DNA from: Candidatus Poribacteria bacterium
GTDB taxonomy: Bacteria; Poribacteria; WGA-4E; WGA-3G
Assembly: GCA_965215265.1 (NCBI GenBank)
Contig: OZ244048.1
Location: 1,792,001-1,856,000, forward strand
Direction of reading: 5' to 3'
Length of the DNA stretch: 64,000 nt
Under the pieces are notes generated by a model. It was not told the DNA's origin, made no database searches, and saw only the letters and a program-made list of their open reading frames with translations. Shown piece after piece: positions 28,298 through 39,127 of the stretch. How positions within the stretch are numbered: position 1 is the first letter of the stretch; every line of letters starts with the position of its first letter. The translations under genes and the position numbers were made by a program.

Positions 28298-28774
28298 AAA
28301 CCAATACGGTCCGGTACGGTAAGGTGGGGAGCTGCTCGTAGGAGATTGCTCCTACGAGCAGGATTTGGGCGGGTGAGAGCACGTGAGGGAAGAGTAGTAC
28401 TCAGGGGTTCGCTCTCCCTGCAGAGAAACAAGATCTTTTTGTATATCTCCGTACCATCAAGGTTTATGTTTTGTGAAGTCCTGCCAATCTATAGACGCGA
28501 TTCAGTTTTTTGACTTAAAGTCTACATCTTGATAAAATATCTCCAATCTGTTATACTCAATGATGTTGAGGTAAGGGCGAGGTTCCTTCGCCTCCTGAAT
28601 GAGCTTTCTACCGGGCTCTACGAGGAGGTCTCGCCTACCGGTGGAAGTTGGTGCCCACCCACCCAAATCCACAGGCAATGCGCTGAGACCATCGCACAGT
28701 GCCTCGTCACTGCGATGGCAATTTTCAAAGGTGGGCGTGGCGAGTTTGTCCCTACGAGTGGACATCAGCGGGAA

Positions 28775-29007
28775 TTCATAGATTTCAGCACAACAAAGAC
28801 TTATTTAATATACACCTTAGCACAAATCTCGCTTTTTCGTCTATAGGCACCCAATGACGCTCTATGTTTTGTAAAAATCTGTGTAAATCTCGTCGGAGCC
28901 GTCTGGTGTTTTGACTTTAAAGACATTACCTAGAGCGTCTCCGACGAGTTTTACACACGAGTACTCATGACATAAGCGTTGATGGTACGGAGATATACAA
29001 AAAAACA
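28775..29007 (+). repeat. Family-A element, near-identical to part of the 52775-53070 cluster
   Basis: ccaatgacgctctatgttttgtaaaa...gagtactcatgacataagcgttgatggtac. Confidence 0.85.
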
Positions 29008-29010
29008 AAA

Positions 29011-29931
29011 ATGAAAAACGTTGCATTCTTACTTTTTTTGTTAGTGCTCATAAGCGCACAACCGAGTAAAGCAATTCGTCAAGGGGCCGCCAATGCTAAC
29101 ATCTTTATCAAAGCCTACGAGCAGAGCGGCGAATTCGGCAAAGTGGCTCTCTGGCATGAAGCAGCCGTGGCGTGTGTAGACGTGATTTCAGTTCCACTGA
29201 ACCAGATTGCCTATACGTACTACACACAGCATGGGTATCTTAAGTGGGCAAGGCGGGCTGAAAAAGAGGCACTAGAAATTCAAGCACAACGCGAGTATCA
29301 TCTGACACAAGCGATGGCAGCCTGGGAAAAATCAGAAGTCAACGGGTGTGTCCGCCCATTGCTGTTTATGTCAGAGCATGCGAAGATTGCGAAGTTCATG
29401 GCGACGTGGGCACGCTACTATCCGGATAGATTTCATGAATTCGGTATCTATCCGACCTTCTTCAAGCCATTGCGGGAGCGTGCCGAACAAAACGCAGATT
29501 ACGTCAAGGCACTGCAGATTGAGGCAGACGCTGCGGAGATGTGCGCGGGGCTTTATGAAAAGATTCCTATCGCTTACGGTTTGAAAGGTTATGAAAAATG
29601 CAGGGACGCGTATCGCCAGCACGCTGCACGGCTCCGAGTACTCGCACAGCAAAATCCGAAAGCCTTACCACCGGAGGCAGACAAAGGCAAAGTGCTTGTG
29701 GATGACTTTCGTGCAAGCCCACCACAAGGCAGGCAAAATCTCATCCGTCGCATTGCAAAATCAGATGAGCGCGTCAAACAAGCATTAACTGGGCTACAAG
29801 GTATTCGAGAATATGCACATTTTCAAGGGTCTGCTTGGACTGTCAGTTTCTATAATCACGGTTGGGGCAACCTTGCTGTCGCAATCGTTGACGACAAAAC
29901 CGGAGTCGTTCTGCACGTGCTAAAGCATTAG
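29011..29931 (+). CDS. Secreted hypothetical protein (helical)
   Basis: 306-aa ORF with signal peptide MKNVAFLLFLLVLISAQPSKA; no family recognised. Confidence 0.75.
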   Translation: MKNVAFLLFLLVLISAQPSKAIRQGAANANIFIKAYEQSGEFGKVALWHEAAVACVDVISVPLNQIAYTYYTQHGYLKWARRAEKEALEIQAQREYHLTQAMAAWEKSEVNGCVRPLLFMSEHAKIAKFMATWARYYPDRFHEFGIYPTFFKPLRERAEQNADYVKALQIEADAAEMCAGLYEKIPIAYGLKGYEKCRDAYRQHAARLRVLAQQNPKALPPEADKGKVLVDDFRASPPQGRQNLIRRIAKSDERVKQALTGLQGIREYAHFQGSAWTVSFYNHGWGNLAVAIVDDKTGVVLHVLKH

Positions 29932-30068
29932 CCAAGACATCTCCACTGCTACGGAATATGTATACAAAACTGAACCGAAGAACATTACCAAAATGACATT
30001 AGCCAAAACGTCTCTGACTAGATGAACATACGTACGTGAACACGAACGAGGTATTATCAATTCTATTC

Positions 30069-33000
30069 ATGAAAAAGTGGATGGTGGTTCTTTTTTTTAG
30101 CGTTTCCGTTCCTGTAGAAGCGGTCCATATCACACCGGGTGAATTGCTCATTCGTTTAACGCCCGAGGCAGCTGCGGATTCGCAACGTTTGCAAGCGGAC
30201 GCGCCGATAGCCGTGCTACACGCTACGCTTATGGTAGAATCCTTGCGTCCCCTTTTTACGTATCTGGCACGCCCTGCCCTTCAGCTTAACCTAACGCGCA
30301 CCTATCTGCTTCGATTCTCGCCGGACGTGCCCTTGAAGACCATTAAAGCTGCTTATGCCGAGAGTCCACTCATCGAGGCGGTAGAATTTAACTACCTACG
30401 TTCAACCTTCGCCTCAAACGAGGTCCCCAATGACCCGAGATATCCCGAACAGTGGAATTTACCCCTCATGAAATTGCCCCAAGCATGGGCGATTGAGAAA
30501 GGTGATAAAAGGGTTATCATCGCGATTATCGACTCCGGAATTGATTATACACACCCCGACTTAGCACCCAAAACCTGGGTAAACCCCCACGAAATCCCCC
30601 ATAACGGGCTTGATGACGACCGGAACGGCTATGTGGATGATATCCACGGCTGGGATTTCACCGATGCACCCACACTCCAAGCAGAAGGCGATTTCACGGA
30701 AGGCGATAACGAACCCATTGACGAATCCGGGCACGGCACCCACGTTGCCGGCATCGCCGGTGCAATGGTAGGTAACGGCATCGGTATCGCCGGCGTTGCA
30801 TGGCATTGTCCGCTGATGCCCATTCGCGCAGGACTTTCACTCGGCGGCAGTGCACGCATGCAAGATGACGACTCGGCTGCAGCCATTGTCTATGCCGTGG
30901 ATAATGGGGCCAGCATTATCAATATGAGTTGGGGCAGTGAACAGAGTTCTTTCATCATCCAAGATGCCATCGATTACGCCCATGCCCGCGGGGCAGTCTT
31001 AGTCGCTGCAGCCGGCAATTCACAGAAAGCCGCCGCGATCTTCCCTGCCGCCTATACCAAAGTCATCGCAGTCGCGTCCACCGAACAGAATCAACTACGG
31101 TTCTATCAATCAAACTTCGGAGCCACCGTAGATATTGCCGCACCCGGAAACGTCATTCTGAGCACACAGATTCAAAACCGGTACCGGTTGCTTACCGGAA
31201 CTTCTATGGCGGCACCGCATGTTGCTGGTGTCGCAGCACTCATCCGCTCAAAACGGCCTGCGTTGACGCATGAAGAGATTCGGCAAATTCTGATTAACAC
31301 CGCTGATCCGGTGCTGAAGGAGGATAGCGATGAGTTAGATGTGAAATTTGTCGGTGCCGGCACTGTCAATGCCGAGCGTGCCTTGTTAGCAAGCAGCGCG
31401 TTACAAGCACGTATCCTCGCACCGGAAACGAATCAGGGCGGCTCGGATAGAATTGTCATTGTGGGAACCGCCGGCGGCTATAAGTTTGAGAGGTGGCAAT
31501 TAAGTTATGGCGCATCTACTGTGCCGAGTCTGTTTACGCCCTTCACGAGCTCGGAATCGGAGCAGAAAATAGCAGAACAGTTGACAATCTGGGAAACAGC
31601 GGCTGTACCCGAAGGCGTTTACACCGTGCGTTTGACTGTCACGGCTACCGATGGTAGGCAAACCCACGACCAGGTCGTTCTCACAGTGGATAGGACACCG
31701 CCCCGGGTGACTGCACTCACCGCCACCGAAACGTTTTTTCGCAACGGGGCCATCGCAGTGTTCACATGGGCAACCGACGATGTGACGCGGAATACTCTTT
31801 ATTATCGACGCAAAAGCCAACTCGCACCCTTCGCACGAATTGAAGGAAGCGAGTTAGGAACATCGCATGTGCTGTCTGCGGAGTTGGCAGCAGGCACTTA
31901 TCAGTTTTTTGTTCTGTCCCAGAATACCGTCGGCTTACAAACCACTGAAGATAACGGCGGAACATATTACCCCCTGGAAATAAAACCTAGCTTCTTCTCC
32001 GCCAATGGGTTTGATGCAGAACCACTCTCTATGAATCAAAGCATAAACGGCTCTGACGAGATATACACAGGAATTCACAACGCATCAGCCTTTAACGGGC
32101 TCCAGTCTACGAAAAAACAGAACACGAGTCTGCACCTCGCAAACGTCACAGCCGATTTTGACGGCGATGGCTTGCCTGAAATTGTCGGCAAACCTATACA
32201 CGATGCACCACACCCACTACTTTCCCTCTATGAGCGGCTCCCCACCGGAACCTATCAACTCGTGCAGCACCTGTCAATTGTAGATAGCACCACACACCTC
32301 AATCAACTTGACGCAGCCACGTTTACACCATGGGATGTATCCGACACAGATAACGACGGTTTGTTAGAGATACTTGCTAGCGACGACAACCGTACGTTTC
32401 TGCTGGAACAAATTAAAGAACTAGAAACGTTCAAGATGCAAGAAATCTGGGAAACGCCGTTTCTTTCTGGGGGTATCATCACGGATTTAGATGGTGACGG
32501 GTTGGCTGAAATTGTCGGGGCAGATAACAATAATGACCGGCTCCTCATATTTGAGAATCGAGGCAATAACCAGTACGAACAGACGGTTTCTCTCCACAAC
32601 GAAACAGAGGGCTCCAATGTGTTTGGGCACCACTTTGCAATTGACGACTTTAATGCTGATGGAAAACTTGAGCTCGTTGCTGGGGATAGTGAAGGTGAAC
32701 TTTTCATCTATACGGCATCTGCAAACGACAACGTCCACCTGCAGTGGCAGACACGACTCAAAATCACGGAGCTTACGCAGTTTGCAGCAGGCGACTTAAC
32801 CGGCAACGGCAAACCAGAATTTGTCGTGGGCGGCACCCTCGTGCCAGAGTCTCTGCCAGCTGCCTTTCCCCTCTGGAAATTCATCGTATGGACGCATACA
32901 GCTCACGGCTACGTGCCGCTCTGGGAGCACGCCATCGCACCCTATCGCCGCTCAGCAAACAGCGTCCGCATCGCAGATGTAGATGGCGACACACAAACAG

Positions 33001-34265
33001 AACTCATCCTCCTCGCGCACCCCAACCTTTATGTCATGAAATGGAACGGCACAACCTTTCAGCCACTCTGGCACCGGGAGGTATCAGAAACACCTGCCCT
33101 CTTCACAGCAGACCTGAATCAGAATGGCTTTGACGAGCTGTACCTCAATATTAATGATGCCTTACATCGCATTGAATCGACCTTCGCGCGCGATAAAGAC
33201 TCTCCCGCCCCCCTCACACCGTGGAACGTTTCTGCCACACCCTTAACAGCCAAAGCCGTACAAGTCACCTGGACAGTACCACCCTTAGAAAATGCCTCGG
33301 ATTGGCGTGTATATCGCGCACATGGGCAAAAAAGCACAGCGCCTCCAGACACCGAGTTTGAAACAGTTGCTCAGAACCTGACCGTTAACCGATTTTTGGA
33401 TAGGAGCGTCGCCACAGACACAACGTACTGGTATGCCATCACCGCAATCGATAGCACCGGTAGGGAAACCGCACGAACCGAGCCCGTTTATGCAACACCC
33501 CGCAAACCACCAAAACTCATCCGCGCCGTCTATGACACCCAGACTCTTAACCCCGAAATATACAAAAACATAAACGGCTCCCATCGCATTTATACAGGTA
33601 TAAACAAAACATCAGGCGTTAATGGTACTGAAATATACAAAAATATGAAAATCTGGGTAATTGTCACCTTTAACCGGCAGATGGGCGACTCAATTAGCGA
33701 CAGCAGCAAATACCTCCTCCGTCTACCGCAGCGGATTGAAGGCACGCGCCCGCTCTCTGTTATCCGAGACAGAATGGGAACACGCGCACGCCTAGCCTTT
33801 GATGCTGCCAACCTTTTCCGACTTCATTCTCAACCTAATATCGAAAATGCAATCACCGACCGGCACATAACCCATTCGATTTACGAAATCACAGTATCCA
33901 ACGTCCGCGATATTGACAACAACCTACTGCGAGCAGCCGCACAAACGCTACAGATCCCGTTCAACATCGCGAACCCAACCTTAACCGATTTCACACACGT
34001 TCGCGTTTATCCCAACCCCGTTTATCCAAACCTCTCTGACAGAGGTACCATTACATTTGATGGTGTACCCGTCGGAACACGCATTCAAATCTTCAACGTT
34101 AACGCGCACCTCTTAGAAGAAATGAACGTCACCGAAAGCGATAATCATCGCAAGCAGTGGCACCTCACCAGCAACCGTACTGCAGACATCGCAACCGGTA
34201 TCTATATCTATGTGCTTGAATTCAAGAATGAAAAAAAAATCGGAAAAATTGCCATTATAAAATAA
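30069..34265 (+). CDS. S8 (subtilisin-like) serine peptidase with FG-GAP/VCBS repeats, FN3/Ig-like domains and C-terminal sorting-like domain
   Basis: Triad motifs IIDSG, HGTHVAG, GTSMAAPHVAG; DFDGDGLPEI-type repeats; VYPNP...GIYIYVL...GKIAIIK. ORF track start 30036, ATG 30069 preferred. Confidence 0.92.
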   Translation: MKKWMVVLFFSVSVPVEAVHITPGELLIRLTPEAAADSQRLQADAPIAVLHATLMVESLRPLFTYLARPALQLNLTRTYLLRFSPDVPLKTIKAAYAESPLIEAVEFNYLRSTFASNEVPNDPRYPEQWNLPLMKLPQAWAIEKGDKRVIIAIIDSGIDYTHPDLAPKTWVNPHEIPHNGLDDDRNGYVDDIHGWDFTDAPTLQAEGDFTEGDNEPIDESGHGTHVAGIAGAMVGNGIGIAGVAWHCPLMPIRAGLSLGGSARMQDDDSAAAIVYAVDNGASIINMSWGSEQSSFIIQDAIDYAHARGAVLVAAAGNSQKAAAIFPAAYTKVIAVASTEQNQLRFYQSNFGATVDIAAPGNVILSTQIQNRYRLLTGTSMAAPHVAGVAALIRSKRPALTHEEIRQILINTADPVLKEDSDELDVKFVGAGTVNAERALLASSALQARILAPETNQGGSDRIVIVGTAGGYKFERWQLSYGASTVPSLFTPFTSSESEQKIAEQLTIWETAAVPEGVYTVRLTVTATDGRQTHDQVVLTVDRTPPRVTALTATETFFRNGAIAVFTWATDDVTRNTLYYRRKSQLAPFARIEGSELGTSHVLSAELAAGTYQFFVLSQNTVGLQTTEDNGGTYYPLEIKPSFFSANGFDAEPLSMNQSINGSDEIYTGIHNASAFNGLQSTKKQNTSLHLANVTADFDGDGLPEIVGKPIHDAPHPLLSLYERLPTGTYQLVQHLSIVDSTTHLNQLDAATFTPWDVSDTDNDGLLEILASDDNRTFLLEQIKELETFKMQEIWETPFLSGGIITDLDGDGLAEIVGADNNNDRLLIFENRGNNQYEQTVSLHNETEGSNVFGHHFAIDDFNADGKLELVAGDSEGELFIYTASANDNVHLQWQTRLKITELTQFAAGDLTGNGKPEFVVGGTLVPESLPAAFPLWKFIVWTHTAHGYVPLWEHAIAPYRRSANSVRIADVDGDTQTELILLAHPNLYVMKWNGTTFQPLWHREVSETPALFTADLNQNGFDELYLNINDALHRIESTFARDKDSPAPLTPWNVSATPLTAKAVQVTWTVPPLENASDWRVYRAHGQKSTAPPDTEFETVAQNLTVNRFLDRSVATDTTYWYAITAIDSTGRETARTEPVYATPRKPPKLIRAVYDTQTLNPEIYKNINGSHRIYTGINKTSGVNGTEIYKNMKIWVIVTFNRQMGDSISDSSKYLLRLPQRIEGTRPLSVIRDRMGTRARLAFDAANLFRLHSQPNIENAITDRHITHSIYEITVSNVRDIDNNLLRAAAQTLQIPFNIANPTLTDFTHVRVYPNPVYPNLSDRGTITFDGVPVGTRIQIFNVNAHLLEEMNVTESDNHRKQWHLTSNRTADIATGIYIYVLEFKNEKKIGKIAIIK
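32031..32117 (+). repeat. Family-A half-element inserted in frame in the S8 peptidase (29 codons)
   Basis: Aligns along its length with intergenic 36019-36106. Confidence 0.8.
33546..33644 (+). repeat. Second family-A derived in-frame insertion in the S8 peptidase (~33 codons)
   Basis: gaaatatacaaaaacataaacggctc...acatcaggcgttaatggtactgaaatatacaaaaa matches A-element ends. Confidence 0.78.
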
Positions 34266-34266
34266 T

Positions 34267-34651
34267 ATTTTCGTCTATAGGAGCCTGTAACAAGGCTGCT
34301 GCAATGTTAAAACCTGTGAAAATCTCGCCAGAGCCGTCCGGTATTATGAATCTATACATCAGAAAACTCCGAGCTATAGATGGCAAGGATAAGGTTATCT
34401 TGTCTCAGTGGGTGGAAGCCTTTTACGGACTGCAGTATACAAAAAAAAGACTATACCTAAGCAGTCTCCGACGAGATTTTTAGTATACGGTAGCACAACA
34501 AAGACTGATTTTATGAACAACCTCGCACAAACCTCGTTCTTTCGTCTACAGGAGCCCGATGCCAGTTGCTGCAATGTTAACCCATTTACAAATCTCGCCA
34601 GAGATTTTCACAGTCATTGACACAACCTAAGGCGTTACAGGGCTGAAATAT
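34267..34651 (+). repeat. Composite family-A cluster with a partial family-B
   Basis: ttttcgtctataggagcctgtaacaaggctgc..., ctccgacgagattt, ttacagggctgaaatat. Confidence 0.85.
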
Positions 34652-35536
34652 ATGAAAAATGAATTTATTCTGATAGTAAACCCGATTTCTGGTGCCGGTA
34701 AAGCGAAAGCCGTAGCAGAACAAGCTTACGCGACACTCACCGCAGCAGGTCAGCACGGAAGTTTACACTTAACAACAGGACGCGGCCACGCAAAACACAT
34801 CGCAGAGGATGCAGTCCGAGCCGGCATAAAAACCGTAATCGCCTGCGGCGGAGATGGCACACTCCACGAAGTCGTTAACGGAATCGTCAACGTGCCCGAA
34901 ACCATATTAGGCATACTACCATGCGGACGCGGCAACGACTTCGCCGCCGCCATCGGTGTGCAACGCCAACCACAAGCCGCCATTCAAACACTCTTAACAG
35001 GCAAAACAATACGCGTAGATTACGGTAGAAGCCGCGCACACTGTTTCATCACCATTGCCACATGCGGTTATGATTCTGAAGTGAGCCGACGCGGCGCACA
35101 ACGCAAACCGCCATTTAAAGGAACTGCAGCCTATCTTACCGCCGCTATTGCCACACTCTTTGATTACGAGCACCCATACGCAAAAATTGAAGGCGATTTT
35201 GGATGCTATGAAGGCCATCTGCTCCTCGCAGCCACCGGAATTACAACCCGATATGGCGGCGGATTTCGCATCCTTCCTCAGGCATCTTACAATGACGGCG
35301 TTTTCGATGTCTGCATCATACGGCCCGTCCCAAAAATCACCATCCTTCGACTTTTGGTAACACTCTTCTGGGGAGGGCATATCTCACATCCAGCCGTAGA
35401 AATGCACCAGACCCGGACATTAAAAATTGAAACCGAACCTACCATGCACCTTTACGCCGACGGCGAACCATTGTCTACCACCCCCGCCATACTTGAAATC
35501 GTCCCACAAGGCCTCACCGTCCTCGCACCCCCCTAA
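34652..35536 (+). CDS. Diacylglycerol/lipid kinase family protein (YegS/BmrU-like)
   Basis: IVNPISGAG, GGDGTLHEVVNG, GRGNDFA, YGGG, ADGE. Confidence 0.92.
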   Translation: MKNEFILIVNPISGAGKAKAVAEQAYATLTAAGQHGSLHLTTGRGHAKHIAEDAVRAGIKTVIACGGDGTLHEVVNGIVNVPETILGILPCGRGNDFAAAIGVQRQPQAAIQTLLTGKTIRVDYGRSRAHCFITIATCGYDSEVSRRGAQRKPPFKGTAAYLTAAIATLFDYEHPYAKIEGDFGCYEGHLLLAATGITTRYGGGFRILPQASYNDGVFDVCIIRPVPKITILRLLVTLFWGGHISHPAVEMHQTRTLKIETEPTMHLYADGEPLSTTPAILEIVPQGLTVLAPP

Positions 35537-35537
35537 C

Positions 35538-36106
35538 TTTTTTGTATATTTAAGCCCGATAACGCCTTATGTATTGTCAATGACTGTGTAAATCTCGTCG
35601 GAGATTCCTTAGGTTTTGATTTTAAAGACAATACCTAAGTCGGCTCAGACGAGTTTTATGTTTTTGTATATTTCAGCCCTATAATGCTCTATGTTATGTT
35701 AATTACCGTGTAAATCTCGTCGCCCGCCCACCCAAATCCTTTGATGTTATGAATGTATACATCGAACGGCTCTGGTTGGCAGGTTCGGTTGACGGGTCAG
35801 GTATTGCCTCAGGTCAATACCCAATGGGTGGCAGGTAAAAGATAGAGACATCGTATCCTTTAGGATACGATGTCTCTATCTATCCCTCAACCTATCTCTC
35901 AACCTTATCCTGCCAATCTATAGACGAGATTTATGCTAAGGTTAACATTGCAGCAGGCTCTATTGGGCTCCTGTAGACGAAAAACCTAAGGCGTTACGGG
36001 GGATCCAGTATACAAAAAATGAATCTAAACATAAACGGCTCTGGCGAGATGTACATCGGATTTAACAAAACAAACGCCTTGTTGCGGGCTGCACTATACT
36101 AAAAAA
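35538..36106 (-). repeat. Composite family-A cluster with nested family-B (35829-35915) containing a long perfect inverted repeat (35840-35881)
   Basis: agatagagacatcgtatcct-tt-aggatacgatgtctctatct; 35538-35720 is an inverted near-copy of 47825-48002. Confidence 0.88.
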
Positions 36107-37821
36107 CGGCCGTAGCGTTCTATAATCACATTTCGTTTTAGTTTCAGCGTCGGAGTCACCTCATTCTTTTCCGGCGTGAACGCTTGTTCGAGGAGTGCGA
36201 ACCTTCGGACCTGTTCAAAATCCGCAAAATCTCTTAAGCGCCCCCGGAGCTCACCCTGAAAGAGCTGCTGCACCTCCCGCCCCGACATATCAGAGAGTTC
36301 AACCTCGTTTTCGGCACCCCATACCTTCAACGCATCAAAATTCGGGACAATCAACGCAGCCAAACTCTTCTCTTCACTCCCCATTACCATGACCTGGTCG
36401 ATATACGGACTTCGCGCCAGCTCGTTCTCTATCGGCTGCGGTGCCACATTCTTCCCATTGGAAAGCACAATAATATTCTTTTTCCGATCCGTAATTTTAA
36501 GAAACCCATCCGAGTCAATCATACCGATGTCCCCTGTATGAAACCAACCCTCCGCATCGATCACCTCCGCCGTTGCATCCGGATTGTTAAAATATCCCTT
36601 CATAACATGCGGACCGCGCGTCAGAATCTCGCCATCCTCAGCGATATGCACCTCGATACCAGGCACAGGCTGTCCAACAGTCCCGAATTTCCAATGCCCC
36701 GGATGGTTCAGGCTAATCACCGGTGATGTCTCTGTCAATCCGTATCCTTCGAGAATCAGAATCCCCGCAGCATGGAAAAATTCAGCAGTGGCTTGGGGTA
36801 ATGCCGCACCCCCAGAGATGAAAAATCGCAGCCTCCCTCCTGTCGCAGCCTTCAACTTTCCGAAAACGAGTTTGTCAGCAATCCCTCCTTTCAATCGCAA
36901 TAACGGAGAAGGATTCTTGCCATGTTGTATCGCGGTACTCACCGCCGTGCCGACACCAACGCCCCAATGAAAGATTTTCTGTTTGAGAGGTGAACCTGCC
37001 CGCACAGTCCGTAAAATTCGGTCGTGCATCGTTTCATAAAGACGCGGCACCGCCAACATCACCGTCGGCGAAACCTCCTTCATATTATTTGCCACAGTCG
37101 CGATACTTTCCGCATACGCCACCTTCGCACCGGAGAATAACGGCACATAATGCCCACCCAACCGCTCAAACACGTGTGATAGCGGGAGAAACGATAACAA
37201 TACATCCGATTCACGCACATCGACAAGCGATTTACATGCCTCCAAGTTTGAAATAAAATTGGCGTGTGTGAGCATCACGCCCTTCGGTTCGCCTGTTGTT
37301 CCGGACGTATAGATAATTGTTGCAGTGTCATCTTCATCCACCGTAGGACACGGTAGCTCTGCCTCCAATTCACAGACTGCTTCAAAACCTATAACGTTAG
37401 GCGGCAGCTCAACTTCCGCCGGATGGAAGCGGATTATCTTCTCAAGAACATCCGATTGAATCTCCAACGCCTTCTGCATCTGTCGCTCTGTAGAGACGCA
37501 GAGAATCTTTGAACCTGAATCTTTTAGAATATAACCGACTTGTGCCGCCGTCAACGTGGAAAATAGTGGGACGGTGATAGCACCTGCTGCAAGAATGCCA
37601 AAGTCGGCGATAGCCCATTCAGGACGATTCTCCGACAAAATCGCCACCCGATCGCCTTTCTGAATACCTAACGCGAGGAGCCCATTACGAAATGCAGTGA
37701 TGGATGTACCGAGTGCCGTGTACGAGATATCCTGATAGTTTTCCCCTTTAGGTTTGTATGCCAACGCAGCTTTTTCGCCGTATTGCTGAATTGAATGCTC
37801 TAATAGAGAGGTTAATGTCAT
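36094..37821 (-). CDS. Long-chain fatty acid-CoA ligase (AMP-dependent synthetase)
   Basis: IIYTSGTTGEPKG, EGYGLTE, WFHTGDIG, ITDRKK, TPTLKLKR. Confidence 0.93.
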   Translation of the reverse strand: MTLTSLLEHSIQQYGEKAALAYKPKGENYQDISYTALGTSITAFRNGLLALGIQKGDRVAILSENRPEWAIADFGILAAGAITVPLFSTLTAAQVGYILKDSGSKILCVSTERQMQKALEIQSDVLEKIIRFHPAEVELPPNVIGFEAVCELEAELPCPTVDEDDTATIIYTSGTTGEPKGVMLTHANFISNLEACKSLVDVRESDVLLSFLPLSHVFERLGGHYVPLFSGAKVAYAESIATVANNMKEVSPTVMLAVPRLYETMHDRILRTVRAGSPLKQKIFHWGVGVGTAVSTAIQHGKNPSPLLRLKGGIADKLVFGKLKAATGGRLRFFISGGAALPQATAEFFHAAGILILEGYGLTETSPVISLNHPGHWKFGTVGQPVPGIEVHIAEDGEILTRGPHVMKGYFNNPDATAEVIDAEGWFHTGDIGMIDSDGFLKITDRKKNIIVLSNGKNVAPQPIENELARSPYIDQVMVMGSEEKSLAALIVPNFDALKVWGAENEVELSDMSGREVQQLFQGELRGRLRDFADFEQVRRFALLEQAFTPEKNEVTPTLKLKRNVIIERYGRFLV

Positions 37822-37850
37822 AGCGTATTTCTCCTGCTTGATTTGTTTCT

Positions 37851-37879
37851 ATAGTAGCATATTGTCCAATGTAAGTCAA
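37851..37879 (-). promoter_or_regulatory. Sigma70-type promoter for the acyl-CoA ligase
   Basis: On the minus strand TTGACT-17 bp-TACTAT. Confidence 0.65.
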
Positions 37880-38391
37880 ATCTCGTGAATTTTGTTTCCC
37901 ACCGTCACTCCGGCCTGATAAGGGGCGGGCGGTTACCTCCGAAATAGAAGAAAGCTTAGGATTTTATCTCCTGTGGGTCTGTACCTTCGTCCCGACACGC
38001 CATCTCGCATCCCTCGCCTATCGGAGTGGATACGGCTTCGCAGAACATCTCTTTGCTTTTATGCTCATGCCACCGGTGATACTAGTGGGCACCCATGCCT
38101 CAGGGACCTACTCATCACAAAAACACCTTTGGCAGGCAAACTTCGTCCACACACCCGCACCATATCCCTTCGATGAACGCAGGCAAGTCTTGCAGACAAT
38201 AAGGATCTTTTTCTGGTTTCATATTAATAGGCTCTCTGGCAAAAGTCTCCGAAGGCTTCCAGTGTCAATCCAACAGCATGTTCTACAAAAGAGTCAAAGG
38301 GATTCCTGATTTCTTCATTTACGAAATTATAGAGAGAATCGGAAAATCACCGTTTTTTTATTGCATCTGTCTTATATCCTGTGTTAAACTA

Positions 38392-38872
38392 ACGTGAGTT
38401 GTATCAAAGATAAGCGTGTTTGGTATAATCGGGTTAGAAAACTGAACCCAAAGGAGTTGTCCCTGAACATTATATCTCTTTTCTGAGTCCAAAACTCACT
38501 GAAGCGTGATTCGGCAAACGGTTTGCCGACAAAGCGGAAACTCTCTCAAGAGGGGTTTGATCCGTTATTGAAGGACGAGTTGCTGTGAGTGACATAGATT
38601 CGCAAGCACCTGAAAAACGCGTTCAGGTACGTTACTGAGAAACGCAGCCTAAAAAAATCGTGTAACTTGAGCATGTGAAAATGCCTTTAAAGAGTCTCTG
38701 TCTGTTGGAACGCAGGCGGCATCGGAATATAACAAACTTTTTGATGAACATCGCGGCTGCGTGGAGTGCGTCACCGTATCAAGAGAAGAAACCTTCTCTG
38801 AATATACGCCTCTCTCAGAAAATCCGAAATATGCCAGGGGACGCTTTCTAAATTTTTAAACCGAACTCATGT
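38392..38872 (+). mobile_element. Internally deleted, degenerate IS982-family element
   Basis: Imperfect terminal IRs acgtgagtt / aactcatgt; flanking direct repeats taaacta / caaacta; broken frames give PKLTEA*FGKRFADK, IRKHLKN and RHRNITNFLMNIAAA...YQEKKPSLNI, resembling IS982 transposase C-termini. Confidence 0.7.
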
Positions 38873-39127
38873 CAAACTAATACAAGTTGCGACAAGCGCC
38901 CTAGTTTTCGTATTTTTGTAAACGCATTGCAATCTGTGCCGTATAAGTTTTTTAAATTGCAGAGTGGCGTTGATGTCAATTGCCTTACATCAAGGCTATT
39001 GTGTTGCAAATCGGGTGCTGTTGTGCTCTAGAAAAACCCGAAATAAAATAATCATTTGCAAAAATTGTCTAAACTGTGGTAAACTCTATGTTAAAGTCAT
39101 TCCGTTCTGCCTGAGGAGACGTTCCTA

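Noticed and set aside
6836-28640. GTAG-type REP-like short hairpins (e.g. 6836, 8548, 28337, 28572)
   Set aside because: Too short and degenerate to define a family confidently by eye, and no RAYT gene in the window
37900-38330. Possible ncRNA or small genes between the acyl-CoA ligase and the IS relic
   Set aside because: No recognisable RNA family or protein motif; probably decayed sequence
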